A stretch of DNA of 59,930 bases, counting the filler. It is 9 parts of 9 records of this genome, joined end to end, with 100 filler letters (N's around TTAATTAATTAA, not from the genome) between each part and the next. Parts side by side here need not be neighbours in the genome. Positions count along the whole stretch, not along the records: positions 30,601 to 37,881 come from SRR31156797_39958; positions 37,982 to 44,438 come from SRR31156797_39964; 7 more parts are not named here. One strand, 5' to 3'. Under the pieces are notes generated by a model. The model was not told the origin of the DNA and searched no databases. It saw only the letters and a list, made by a program, of their open reading frames with translations. Shown in pieces: positions 30,886 to 40,899 of the stretch. The position numbers and the translations under genes are program-made. The stretch's first letter is position 1; every line of letters starts with the position of its first letter.

Positions 30886-31373
30886 TTAACGTGGAGCCCA
30901 TAATGGTACTGTCAACATTGCCAATAATTGAAAAGGGGAAGTAACACCATCTATTATGATAGAAAACGGGGTAACGGCAAGTCTGTAACCAAGAGTTTTT
31001 TTATATTCACTAAATTTTAAGGAACCTTGGGTAAATGTAACATCAAAATTGACGGGATTTTTTATTAACGATTCACAATTTAAGCCCAAAGCACGATTTT
31101 CTTTTATTTGTAAAAATTTAATTTTTATATCATCGGAGTGAATGAATCCTGGATTAGGGCCTTTTGTTGCATATTTTCTAATAGATCCGCGCCTATTTTT
31201 TTTACCATACTTAAAACCTGACCAATATTTTGTTTTTTTGTCTCATCAATTACTGTTTTTTCATTGTAGGCGCGTTTTTCCCATACCGAGTGTGTTGCGC
31301 AACCTGTTATATTGAATAAAATAAAATTCATAAAAAAAAATAAGAATAATTTATGAATTGATGTATTGTACAT
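30886..31373 (-). pseudogene. frameshifted putative lipoprotein (about 162 aa if restored)
   Basis: Lipobox-like ITGC; two ORFs join with one added base in a homopolymer (T7 31233-31239 or T8 31196-31203); C-terminal TPFSIIIDGVTSP resembles YceK/YidQ-type lipoproteins. Confidence 0.55.
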
Positions 31374-31465
31374 ATTTTTATCCTTTATAACGTTGAATTC
31401 ACTAACTCACCCTACTCGGGCTTGCACGCGACTTAGGACCGATCGCCGACTTGACCACTTGTGCG

Positions 31466-31987
31466 TCAAGTCTTTCCCCCTGTTCTACCGTCCATGATGG
31501 TACCACCCGGACCGACTGTCAGAGTTGGGCCTTCAAGGAGAAATTGTTTGTCACCGGACTGTGCATTGATCCCGGCCTTCACAGGCACATTCAACGCCCG
31601 AGACAGTGCCCAAAGGAAATTCCAACCCCGGGGCACCACACCTGGACGATGTGTGGGTGGGTAGAACTTGCCGCGTTCGTAAGGTCGTACATGCGGGTCA
31701 TGGCTTTTCGTCCCAGGGATTCCGTCTGTTCTTGGTTTTCCCGCGCTGGCAACCCAACACCCGTGGAGTTCCACTGCTGTCCCCCCGGCAATGGTGAGCT
31801 TCGGAGGTTTCATCAAGTCCCGGATCTGGCTGAAAAAATGCGCGTTATCGGCGCGCAGACCGGTACCCATTTCCATTTGACCGACATTCCCATGCGAGCA
31901 CAAAAGCATACGCTCTATGCATGATTTGCTTTTTGTCTTTTTCTCTACCTCGATTTTTATGGCTTGCACGACCTGAGGGATAAACAT
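31466..31987 (-). CDS. stand-alone DUF4347-like (caspase/CHAT-fold) protein
   Basis: LLCSHG..G.MEMG, VELHGCWVA, FLWALSRALNVPVKAG; start codon uncertain. Confidence 0.55.
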   Translation of the reverse strand: MFIPQVVQAIKIEVEKKTKSKSCIERMLLCSHGNVGQMEMGTGLRADNAHFFSQIRDLMKPPKLTIAGGTAVELHGCWVASAGKPRTDGIPGTKSHDPHVRPYERGKFYPPTHRPGVVPRGWNFLWALSRALNVPVKAGINAQSGDKQFLLEGPTLTVGPGGTIMDGRTGGKT

Positions 31988-32119
31988 TTTTTTTGTGATG
32001 TTGACGATGGTTAACGGTATAACACCCGAAAAGTTGAGATATGCAGATCAGCATAATTTTTTAAAATATTAATTAAAAAGTTCTTACCATTACCCGAAAT
32101 GATTCGTAAAGAATTTACT

Positions 32120-33652
32120 TTAAAAATTTAATTTTAACTCAAGAAAAAACTGATCATTTCCCCCAATGTCACTGAACATAGCCAGCTCCCCGGACTGGTA
32201 AAATACAACCCCTGCCTTTACTGTAATACTGTCTGACATGTCATATTCTGCTGACACCCGCTGGTAGGCACCACCCTGCCACGTTTCCCCATATCCTGCG
32301 GCTAAAAAGGTCAAGGTCAGGGTCTCATGCATAAAATCTTTTTCAATGCAGATGACCGATTGAAGCTGATCTTCATTAACGCCGGCGGGAGCATTTTTCA
32401 GTTCGCTTTTATATTTAAACAGATGCTGGTTGACCAGTTCCAGAGTGATTCGGGTGTCAGTGAAACCACTGTATTCAAACCCTGCCATGACGTCCAGCCG
32501 GGAGAATCTGTCACTGGGGGTATTGGTGTATTTCAGTCCGTCCCAATATGCTGATTCGGCTTTGATAATCCAGTTTCCTTTTACCAGGGTCGATGACGCC
32601 CCGAACATGTTTACCCGTTCATGTTTTTGTACCGGGACAGGCGTCATACCATCTGATTCGTTTTCAATATAGGTGTCCGGATGGTAAATATCTGCCCAGT
32701 ACAGCCCCACATCCCAACCCGAGAACCTGCCTGTCAGCGCCAGTGCAAACCGGCTGTTTTTTAAATCGGAATCCGGTGTCTCTTCCCGGGCCGGGGCCTG
32801 GGAAGAGGGATAAAAGCCGGACCCGTAAGGCGGTGTGTCATTGAACCGGACTTCATGGATCATGATACCCGATAGATTAAAAGGTCCCCAATAGTAGTCG
32901 ATTTTGGTCATGGTCACCGGCAGGCGAAGGTCTTCAATGTCCGTGGTACCCGGATTTTTAAGATCAAGGGGATTTAGAATGTCCACCACCCGGATATAAT
33001 CGGATGTCCCCCATACCACGATCTGGCGGCCGGTTTTGATGTCCAGCTGTGTTGCAGGGCTTGCCCGAAGATACAGTTCGCGTAATTCCGTCTGGATTTC
33101 GTATGCCTCCAGGACCTCATCCGTATAATTTTCGCGCCCTTTGGCTGTGTAGATGAGATCATACCCGGCAAGGCCGCTGGCAAATACTGACCAGTTAAAT
33201 ATGGACCACCTGTCTGCCGGTTTAATTTCAAGTTCCAGCAGCATTTCCGTCTTCAGGCTTGAAACGCCCTGCCAGTCAGTGTCTTCCCGAACCGGGGCAT
33301 CATTGGAGAATTTATAAGCAGCGGCTGTTTTAATATGACCTGTCAGGCGAAAGAGTTGGGGGGCATGGTCACCGCCATGGGGTAATGCATCCCCGGTATT
33401 TTCATCTTCCGTTGTGCTAAGATCCTCAAATTCGTCCAAAAGGCTCTCTTCGGAAACGGGTACCTCTTCATCAAATCCGTCAAGCAACGCATCATGGCCG
33501 TCATGGGCCGTGGCCGTCTGATACAGGACTCCGGAAAGTATCATGACAGCGATGACCCGGATCAGCCCTTTTAAAGACAATTGCCTGATCTTGACTATCA
33601 TTTTTTGACCATCAATAAGGGGCCGCGGCATCTGAAAGACAAGTGATTTCAT
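32120..33652 (-). CDS. DUF1302-like outer-membrane beta-barrel protein
   Basis: LRELY..GRQIVVWG..DILNP; C-terminal alternating strand ending LKLNF; MMPL/LolA-like operon context. Confidence 0.75.
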   Translation of the reverse strand: MKSLVFQMPRPLIDGQKMIVKIRQLSLKGLIRVIAVMILSGVLYQTATAHDGHDALLDGFDEEVPVSEESLLDEFEDLSTTEDENTGDALPHGGDHAPQLFRLTGHIKTAAAYKFSNDAPVREDTDWQGVSSLKTEMLLELEIKPADRWSIFNWSVFASGLAGYDLIYTAKGRENYTDEVLEAYEIQTELRELYLRASPATQLDIKTGRQIVVWGTSDYIRVVDILNPLDLKNPGTTDIEDLRLPVTMTKIDYYWGPFNLSGIMIHEVRFNDTPPYGSGFYPSSQAPAREETPDSDLKNSRFALALTGRFSGWDVGLYWADIYHPDTYIENESDGMTPVPVQKHERVNMFGASSTLVKGNWIIKAESAYWDGLKYTNTPSDRFSRLDVMAGFEYSGFTDTRITLELVNQHLFKYKSELKNAPAGVNEDQLQSVICIEKDFMHETLTLTFLAAGYGETWQGGAYQRVSAEYDMSDSITVKAGVVFYQSGELAMFSDIGGNDQFFLELKLNF

Positions 33653-33678
33653 ATCGACAGCCCTCTTATAAATTGACC

Positions 33679-34509
33679 CTACAGGCCTTTTTCCATCTGC
33701 CGGACGGAAAACAGTCCCCCATCCAGGTTCTGGTTAAACTTAACCCCGTCCAGGGTCAGATCTGTTTTATGAATGATCTGTTTTCCTTTCTTCCGGGTGA
33801 TCTGAAGGCGTGTGGATACCCATATGCCGTCAATTTTGTCCAGTTGACGGACCATCATGTATTTCAGATCAGGACTGTTTTCCACCCAGCTGATGGACCG
33901 AATCACCACGTCGTTGTCCTGGCGGACAAACAGGAGCTCCTTTTCGTATCCGGTCTCTTTGATTACCTTGTCTGATCTGGGAACGGCCCATATGGCCCAG
34001 GTTTTGATACCGTCAAACACATGTTCCCGGCCTTTTTCGTAAAACCGGTAATCATAATCGGTCAGTTCCCGGTCAGTCATGTCCGAATAGTTCAGGTCCG
34101 AGCCCATGAAACTGCCGCTTTTATCCGCAGATGCAATGCGTTTGGTTTTTCTCAATGCCGGCAGATAGAGCCATTGATCATCGTCATGTTTCGGGTCATC
34201 ATAATCAATGTTTAAAAAGGCGGTTTTATTTACATCTGCCGGAGAAAGGAAAAACATCAGGGACATGGTATCGGGCCCCTTGTCCTTGGTAAATGCCTGG
34301 ATCTTTCGAATCCGCCTGCCGCCGTTTCTGTCGGTCAGGATCATTTCCATTTGGGCAATCCGGTTGTCTCCGGTGTCCCTGGCATCCACCTGCTCCATAA
34401 TTTTCCGTGCGTCGGGATCATCTGCCAATGCCAAAGCCGTGCCCAATAACAACAGAACCAAGGTAAATAATCCCTGCCGGGACCAACGATTTATTTTTGG
34501 ATTTTTCAT
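33679..34509 (-). CDS. LolA-like outer-membrane lipoprotein-sorting protein
   Basis: Signal peptide, FFLSPADV..AFL, DDQWLYLPALRKTKRI..SFMGSD. Confidence 0.88.
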   Translation of the reverse strand: MKNPKINRWSRQGLFTLVLLLLGTALALADDPDARKIMEQVDARDTGDNRIAQMEMILTDRNGGRRIRKIQAFTKDKGPDTMSLMFFLSPADVNKTAFLNIDYDDPKHDDDQWLYLPALRKTKRIASADKSGSFMGSDLNYSDMTDRELTDYDYRFYEKGREHVFDGIKTWAIWAVPRSDKVIKETGYEKELLFVRQDNDVVIRSISWVENSPDLKYMMVRQLDKIDGIWVSTRLQITRKKGKQIIHKTDLTLDGVKFNQNLDGGLFSVRQMEKGL

Positions 34510-34532
34510 TTTATTTTCTCCAGGTTTCATAT

Positions 34533-36983
34533 TTATATTTGGTTTTGATCCGCCCCTTTGGCGATAAATTTTAGTACCGGTTCCCGTCGCTTGTAAACCA
34601 GTGTCAGAAGTGCCGGCAAAAGAACCAGGTCGGTAGTCAGGGCAAACAGGACGGCGCTGCCGGTCAGTATGCCGAACCGGATATAGCAGGATAGATACGC
34701 TGTGGTATAAATGAAGAATCCCCCGCAAAGCACAATGCTTGTAATCATAAGTGCCCGGCCGGTATTGTGAAGTGTCTCTTTGACAGCGGTTTCAACGCAC
34801 CCGGTCATATTATATGCCCTTTGGAAATGGTGCAGAAAATGGATGGTGTCATCCACCACCAGGCCTAATACAATACTTCCCACAAGAATGGTCATCATAT
34901 CTATGGGGATGCGGGCAATCCCCATGACCCCGAAAATCATCACAATGGGGACAATATTGGCAATCATGCTCATCAAGCCGATTTTAAAATTACCCATCAT
35001 TACCATCATCATGAGGGTAATGGCCACAATGGCAAACAGGTAGCTTTTGGCCATGCTGGTGATAAACATCTTTGTGATGCCGATGAACAGCGCCATGTGA
35101 CCTGTGAGGGTGACGGTTTCATGGGGGAATTGACGGGCCAGGTAGGCTTTTATTTTTTCGACATAGTCCTTGTAAAGGATTGAATCGGTAAAGGGTGCCA
35201 GAACAGACATGCGCGCCTTTTGATGTGTGCCGTCCGTTAATTCGGCCAGGTCATTACTGCCGCTGGATTCAAACAGGATCAACTCCTGGGCTGCCAGCTG
35301 CCGGGTGTCCGGCACGGTGTAGGCGACATCCGCATCCTCGTTCAGGGCCCGGTTGGTCTCCTTGAGCACATCGACCATGGAAACTACCTTGCCGGCCCTG
35401 ATATTGTGTTCGCAGATCGTTGGGATCATTTTTCCGGCTTGATCCATGCGCAAAAGAAGGTCCGGGTCGTGGGTTCCGTTTTCCCGGCCGGAATCAATGA
35501 TGATTTCCAGCATGACCGTGCCCCCGTTTTTCCGGTCCATCAGCCGTGTGCCCACCTGGGCTGTGGAATCGTGGGGCAGCCAGGTCATGGCGTTATGGGA
35601 AAACCGGACGCTGGGCACGGCCATTGCGGCCAGAAAAAATAAAATACCCCATATTGCCGTGATCACCAGGGGCCTGCTTGTTGCGGTCCCGGCAATACCG
35701 TCAAATATCCGGTCCGCAATGGGCCGTTTGCCCTGGGGCGGCATCTGCTTTGTTTTTATGGGCAAGACGGCAACCAGGGCCGGCAGCAAAAAAAGCGTAT
35801 ATAAAAATGCAATCATGACCCCTGCCGGTGCAATATATCCAAGGTGGGAGATGATGGCCACATCGGCCCAGATAAAGGACAACAGCCCACAGGCGGTCGT
35901 CAGGCTGGTCATCAGGATCGGCAGTCCGGAATAGCCCACAGCCTTGATGATGGCCGCTTTTTTGTCTGGTTTATGACCCGTATCCTTTTGAAGATTGCGG
36001 TAGAAAATGGTGAGGATGTGTACGGCATCCCCGACACCCACAACAATTAAAAAGGTGGGTAGAATCATGATGGCATTGGAGATGGGAATCCCCCAGATCG
36101 CCATAAGCCCCAGGGAAGAGGTCAGTGAAAGCAGCACAATGATCACAGGGTATACCACACCCGAAAGCCGCCTGAAGAGGATGGCTAAAAATATAATGAT
36201 CAGCAGGAAAGACAAGGGAATCATCAGGCCCAGATCTTTTTCAAGCCCCCGCTGGAGTTCAGCCGCAAATACCGGGGTGCCTGCAAAGAAAAATTCAATG
36301 CCCGGGCCGCGATATTTATCAACGATTTCATGAATCCGGTCATTGATTTCAACATTCTGTTCATTGTCCAGATACTGGGCCGCATTTGGCGCGTCTGGGG
36401 TGCCGTCCGGCTCAAATCCGGTCAAGAGATCCTCCTGGGCCGGTTGTACAAAGGCCTGGGCCTTGACCATGATCATTGCCAGGGTGCGGTCCCCTGAAAC
36501 CAGAAAGTTTTCATAAAGGGGATAATGGTTGATCAGTTTTATAATACGCTTATTTTCGTCCAGGGTTTCAGGGGGGTGGGGGATCAGATCTTCCACAATG
36601 AGGGTATCGTTATCCGCCCGGACAATCCGTCCGTTGATCAGGCTGTCCACTTCGTCCAGGTAGGGGACGTTTTCTTCCAGTTCCCTGTGAAGCCGGCTCA
36701 TTGTCTTGAAAAACGCCGGGGTCAGTCCGTTTTCAGGCTTCATGGCAATGAAGAAGATGTCGTCCTGGCCAAACTCATACCGGAACTGGTCATAGGCCAC
36801 CAGCGTGGGATCATCCGGGTGGAAGAAGCTTTGATCCCGGGTGTCCATGGTCAGCCTGGGCAATTGGGCCGCAAGCATAACCGACACCAGAAAGATAACG
36901 CTTAAAGTTAAGACGCCATGTGCATAAACCTTCTTTGCAATGGCTTCAAAGAATGACTCCAGTTTATTATGAATCATAGCCAT
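34533..36983 (-). CDS. MMPL/RND-superfamily transporter
   Basis: Two SSD-like halves with GVGDAVH and GLVVDDTIH, TSLTT, LLPALL. Confidence 0.9.
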   Translation of the reverse strand: MAMIHNKLESFFEAIAKKVYAHGVLTLSVIFLVSVMLAAQLPRLTMDTRDQSFFHPDDPTLVAYDQFRYEFGQDDIFFIAMKPENGLTPAFFKTMSRLHRELEENVPYLDEVDSLINGRIVRADNDTLIVEDLIPHPPETLDENKRIIKLINHYPLYENFLVSGDRTLAMIMVKAQAFVQPAQEDLLTGFEPDGTPDAPNAAQYLDNEQNVEINDRIHEIVDKYRGPGIEFFFAGTPVFAAELQRGLEKDLGLMIPLSFLLIIIFLAILFRRLSGVVYPVIIVLLSLTSSLGLMAIWGIPISNAIMILPTFLIVVGVGDAVHILTIFYRNLQKDTGHKPDKKAAIIKAVGYSGLPILMTSLTTACGLLSFIWADVAIISHLGYIAPAGVMIAFLYTLFLLPALVAVLPIKTKQMPPQGKRPIADRIFDGIAGTATSRPLVITAIWGILFFLAAMAVPSVRFSHNAMTWLPHDSTAQVGTRLMDRKNGGTVMLEIIIDSGRENGTHDPDLLLRMDQAGKMIPTICEHNIRAGKVVSMVDVLKETNRALNEDADVAYTVPDTRQLAAQELILFESSGSNDLAELTDGTHQKARMSVLAPFTDSILYKDYVEKIKAYLARQFPHETVTLTGHMALFIGITKMFITSMAKSYLFAIVAITLMMMVMMGNFKIGLMSMIANIVPIVMIFGVMGIARIPIDMMTILVGSIVLGLVVDDTIHFLHHFQRAYNMTGCVETAVKETLHNTGRALMITSIVLCGGFFIYTTAYLSCYIRFGILTGSAVLFALTTDLVLLPALLTLVYKRREPVLKFIAKGADQNQI

Positions 36984-37020
36984 GGATTGTTCCTTTATCT
37001 GTTTTGTGTCACTGCAATTT

Positions 37021-37623
37021 TTAATTGATCTCAAGACCGGTGAGTGTTTGTTGATTCATTGTTTCCGCCATTTCTGCTGCCGTTTCAGGGGGAATGGCCG
37101 GATCCCGGAAAAACATAATTTCCACACCAAAATACTGTGAAAAAAGCGACATGGACAGGACCCTGCTGTCCACGGCTTGGTCCATCCTGCCGGATGTTTT
37201 TTCATCTTCAATCATGGTTACAAGAAGGTTGAGAAAGTTATCAATATCCTTGCGAAGGGCAGGGGTATCCTCTTCAACTTTCAGCACCGTGCTGCTGAGA
37301 AGCTCTCTGTATAAATTTCTGTTTCCATCGTAAAAAATGAACATGGTCAGCCAGATATGTTTTATACGTGTGGCTATGGGGCCTTTGGCGGGCATGGTTT
37401 TTAACGCACCCTCCCAGGTCCGTCCGATCTCCTCGGCCAGGGCTGCTTCCATGAGCGCGGTTTTATTTTTAAAATGAACAACAACAGACGCGGCGGAAAC
37501 TCCGGCTTCAGCCGCCACCCGACGCATTGTGCAGCGGCTGAAATCTTCTTCAAGAAACAGTTTCCTGGCCGCTTGAAGAATGAGCCTCCGTGTCTCCTTT
37601 TTAAACGCTTGTTTTCGATTCAT
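37021..37623 (-). CDS. TetR/AcrR family regulator
   Basis: ILQAARKLF..TMRRVAAEAGVS..HFKNK HTH; AAGGAGG RBS. Confidence 0.9.
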   Translation of the reverse strand: MNRKQAFKKETRRLILQAARKLFLEEDFSRCTMRRVAAEAGVSAASVVVHFKNKTALMEAALAEEIGRTWEGALKTMPAKGPIATRIKHIWLTMFIFYDGNRNLYRELLSSTVLKVEEDTPALRKDIDNFLNLLVTMIEDEKTSGRMDQAVDSRVLSMSLFSQYFGVEIMFFRDPAIPPETAAEMAETMNQQTLTGLEIN

Positions 37624-37637
37624 GGACGCCTCCTTAT

Positions 37638-37696
37638 ATTCAATTAAACATGTTTAATATAAAAACATGTTTAATTGAATGCAATGGTTTTGTCAA
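37638..37696 (-). promoter_or_regulatory. double TetR operator overlapping the promoter
   Basis: 18-bp inverted repeats (37638-37655 and 37663-37680), each containing the palindrome AAACATGTTT; TTGACA on the minus strand at 37691-37696. Confidence 0.8.
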
Positions 37697-37881
37697 TGGG
37701 TTGGTTTTTAAATTTAACGGACTGTGAAGAAACCAAAAGAGGCGGGCCGATATTGAAAAGAAAGATTTAGTTTGATATAAACGACCCCATTATCTTTGAT
37801 ATTATTCACCCGTGAACAACAGTATTAAGAAATGAGTTTGAAATAACTTGCCCATTTTGTTCTATCCGGGAGCGGGGGGGG

Positions 37882-37981
37882 NNNNNNNNNNNNNNNNNNN
37901 NNNNNNNNNNNNNNNNNNNNNNNNNTTAATTAATTAANNNNNNNNNNNNNNNNNNNNNNNNNNNNNNNNNNNNNNNNNNNN
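37882..37981. other. artificial contig spacer
   Basis: N run with TTAATTAATTAA. Confidence 0.99.
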
Positions 37982-38604
37982 GTGACCTGCTGGGCCAGCA
38001 GCTCCAGGGCCCGGCTCTCGAGAAAGAGTTCCCGTGCCTTGCCCGTGTAGGGGGGATTGATGATCTGCCAGGCGGTTGCCTGCATCTGGGGCGTCATCTC
38101 CCGGGTGAGGAGACATTGGTGACGTTCGCCCTTGTCGAGGCGGGTCTTGAGTTCCTTTGGCACGGTGTCCATCTGTTGCTCAAGATAGGAAAACAGCAGG
38201 TGGGGATCGACCTTGAGGCCCACACAGGCGATCTTGCCCTGGGCCGGGAAATCCATGTCTCCGGTGACGTTGGACAGGGATGAGATCACGTTCATACCGG
38301 GCCGGGGGGTGAACTCAAAGATGGTTTTCCTGCCTTTAAACCGCTGGTACCTGTGGGTGGAGGCCCCTGCCAGGCAGTAGGTAAAGTCCACCGGGGCGCT
38401 CCCGATCTCAAAGTCGATGGAGGGGTAGGGCAGGCTGCCATGGCGGCAGTAGGAGAGGATGAGGCCGGGTTTCACGGGGATGACCGTGAACATCTCCTCG
38501 GGGACGTTTTCCCCCCTCACCTCATAGACATATCTGCCGTACCGGTCCTTGTCCGGGTCCGGTGACGGCAGATAGTCGCATGTGAAGTGCAGGGCACGGC
38601 TCAT
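37982..38604 (-). CDS. AraC-family (PchR/YbtA-like) regulator, HTH lost to truncation
   Basis: TPQM..WQIINPPYTG..LFLESRALELL, the segment that precedes the HTH in PchR-like proteins. Confidence 0.75.
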
Positions 38605-39797
38605 GATTCTTTCGCCCTTTGCTCCATCTCCCGGATCAAGGACTGGGCCTGGCGCTTGTATTCGGGAAAGGTGCAAGCCCGTTTCAGGGCCTGTCTGGCC
38701 GTGTCAAACGCCCCCGATCTCGAGGCGCACAGCCCCTTCATGAAGCAGGCTTTTTTGTCGTTCCTGTCCAGTGCCAGTGCCCTGGAAAAGGCCTTGGCCG
38801 CCGGATCAAACTGGTCCCGCTCATAGCAGATCCACCCCTTGAGCTTCCACAACATCTTTGACTTTGGATAGGCGGCGACCCCCTTGTCGGCCGCGGCCAT
38901 GGCCTTGTCCTTGTCGCAGGCCTCGAGCCGGGCGGACACCATGCGCTCGTAGAGCCGCTGGCTCGGCTTTTTGTCGATCACCCGCTGGTAGTGATCCGCG
39001 GCCTTGGCCGGGATGCCGATGCGGTTGTAGAGATCCGCAAGCAGGGTTTCTTCCTGGACGGAGAGGGGCTTGGCCATGCCATAGACGGCCAGGGCCTTTG
39101 CCGCTTCCGTGTAGCGCTCCATGGACAGGTAGAGGTTTGCGGCCAGGCGCCAGAGCAGGGGAGCGGGTTCCGGGTCTTTCAGGAGGCGTTCCACGGTGGT
39201 CAGGGCCTTTTTCGGGCACTTGAGTTCAATGGCCAGGCTGGTGAGAATCTTGACCCAGTTGGGTTTGGGTTGGCCGGCCTTGCCCGATGTGAGAAACAGC
39301 ATGTGTTCCATGGCCTTTTTCGGGGCCTTGGCCGAGATGTGGGCCACCGCCGCATGGAAGAGAAAGACGGGATCTTTTTTTTTGCAGATCCTGTAGGTGG
39401 TTTCCATGGCAGTGGCCGCTTCCTCGAATTGCTTGAGGTCAAAGCAGACCTTGCCGAGGTTCTGCCAGCCGGGGCCGTAGTCCGGGTTGAGTTCAACGGT
39501 TTTCCGGTAGTGGTTACAGGCTTCTTTGAGCCGGTCCTCGTTGTACAGAAGGCCTGCCAGGGTGAACTCCACAAAATGGTGATCCTCCTCCGGATGTTTT
39601 TGGAGGAATTCCTGGAGCACGATTTTGGCCTGTGCCGGGTTTTCAAGTTCCATCTGCTTCTGTGCGTCCACCAGGGCGGTCCTTGCCCGGATGGTGAGAT
39701 CTTCCACCCCCGGACCGGCCAGTGCCGTTCCCAGGCCGGTTCCCCACAGCAGCAGTGCTGTTCCAAGGATCAGGATTGTTTTTTCAAAAGGATTCAT
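38601..39797 (-). CDS. exported TPR protein (TtpD-like)
   Basis: Signal peptide, multiple TPRs (GWQNLGKVCF, LWKLKGWICY); follows tonB. Confidence 0.8.
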   Translation of the reverse strand: MNPFEKTILILGTALLLWGTGLGTALAGPGVEDLTIRARTALVDAQKQMELENPAQAKIVLQEFLQKHPEEDHHFVEFTLAGLLYNEDRLKEACNHYRKTVELNPDYGPGWQNLGKVCFDLKQFEEAATAMETTYRICKKKDPVFLFHAAVAHISAKAPKKAMEHMLFLTSGKAGQPKPNWVKILTSLAIELKCPKKALTTVERLLKDPEPAPLLWRLAANLYLSMERYTEAAKALAVYGMAKPLSVQEETLLADLYNRIGIPAKAADHYQRVIDKKPSQRLYERMVSARLEACDKDKAMAAADKGVAAYPKSKMLWKLKGWICYERDQFDPAAKAFSRALALDRNDKKACFMKGLCASRSGAFDTARQALKRACTFPEYKRQAQSLIREMEQRAKES

Positions 39798-40483
39798 CAC
39801 TGGCCCTCCAGTTTAAAGAGTATGGTCGTTGTGACAATGGTTGCCACCTGTCTGCCGGACAATTCTCCCGGCGTGTACTTCCATGTGGAAACCGCGTTGA
39901 TGACGCTCTTATCAAAGATATCCGGGGGATTGGCTTCGACGATGGTGATGTCGGACACCGTTCCCTCCTTGTCCACCAGGAACCGGATCTTGACCTCCCC
40001 TTCCAGCCCCAGGCGTTTTGCCCGGTAGGGATAGCGGGGGTTGGTCTTGAACGAGGGCACCGGAATGGTGTCCAGGTCGTCCATGTCAAACAGGCCGTTG
40101 AAATCCACGGTGGCCTGGGGTTGCTCCTGGGGGGGCGGCGCCACGACGGGTATCCCGCCCGACAGCCTCGGGTCGATGTCAAGATCCATCTGGGGCAGGT
40201 TCATCTTAAAGCTTTTGGGGGTCACCCGGGTGGGCCGGGTCTGGGTCATCTTCACCACTTTCTTGGGCTCTTCCGGTTCTTTTTCCTCTTTTTTCGGTTT
40301 TTCCGGGGGCGGGGGCTGCTCCGGCTTGATCCGGGTGAAGTTAACCACATTGAGGCTTTCCACATCGTTGTCCTGGCCGGAGACCGAGATGAGCCCCGGC
40401 AGGGAACAGAAGAGAATCAGGTTGATGACAAGGGCCCCGGCCAGGCTGCGGCCCAGGTGGGATTTGAATACCAGGGTGTCCAT
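39797..40483 (-). CDS. tonB: energy transducer TonB
   Basis: N-terminal TM, Pro/Lys/Glu-rich linker, PRYPYRAKRLGLEGEV..WKYTPG. Confidence 0.92.
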   Translation of the reverse strand: MDTLVFKSHLGRSLAGALVINLILFCSLPGLISVSGQDNDVESLNVVNFTRIKPEQPPPPEKPKKEEKEPEEPKKVVKMTQTRPTRVTPKSFKMNLPQMDLDIDPRLSGGIPVVAPPPQEQPQATVDFNGLFDMDDLDTIPVPSFKTNPRYPYRAKRLGLEGEVKIRFLVDKEGTVSDITIVEANPPDIFDKSVINAVSTWKYTPGELSGRQVATIVTTTILFKLEGQ

Positions 40484-40899
40484 CAACTCTCCTTCTTGGA
40501 TGCGGCGATACTCACCCGTTTGGCGCCGGCCAGCCGGCACTGGTCCATCACCCGGATGACGATGCCGGTGTAGCTCACCTTGTCCGCCACGATCACCACC
40601 GACCCTTCGGGGTTCTCGGCAAGGGCCCGGGTGATGTGGGAGCGAAGGCTCCTCAGGTCGATCTTGCGGCCGTCGAAATGGATGGTGCCCGTGTCCGACA
40701 CCGCCACCAGGATGTTGCCGTTTTCGGTCAGGGTGGCCGTGGAGGCCGAGGGCCGCCGGACATCAATGCCCGTCTCCCTGACAAAACTGGTTGTCACCAT
40801 GAAAAAGATGAGCAGCAGGAACACCAGGTCGATGAGGGGAGAGATGTTGATCTCCGCCTCCTTGGATTTCATTCGTACCGAACCTCTGACATTGATCAT
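40483..40899 (-). CDS. exbD: biopolymer transport protein ExbD
   Basis: INISPLIDLVFLLLIFFMVTTSF, VIVADK. Confidence 0.93.
   Translation of the reverse strand: MINVRGSVRMKSKEAEINISPLIDLVFLLLIFFMVTTSFVRETGIDVRRPSASTATLTENGNILVAVSDTGTIHFDGRKIDLRSLRSHITRALAENPEGSVVIVADKVSYTGIVIRVMDQCRLAGAKRVSIAASKKES

Noticed and set aside
37874-37881. Poly-G tract as a phase-variation site
   Set aside because: At the contig end, probably an artefact, with no context
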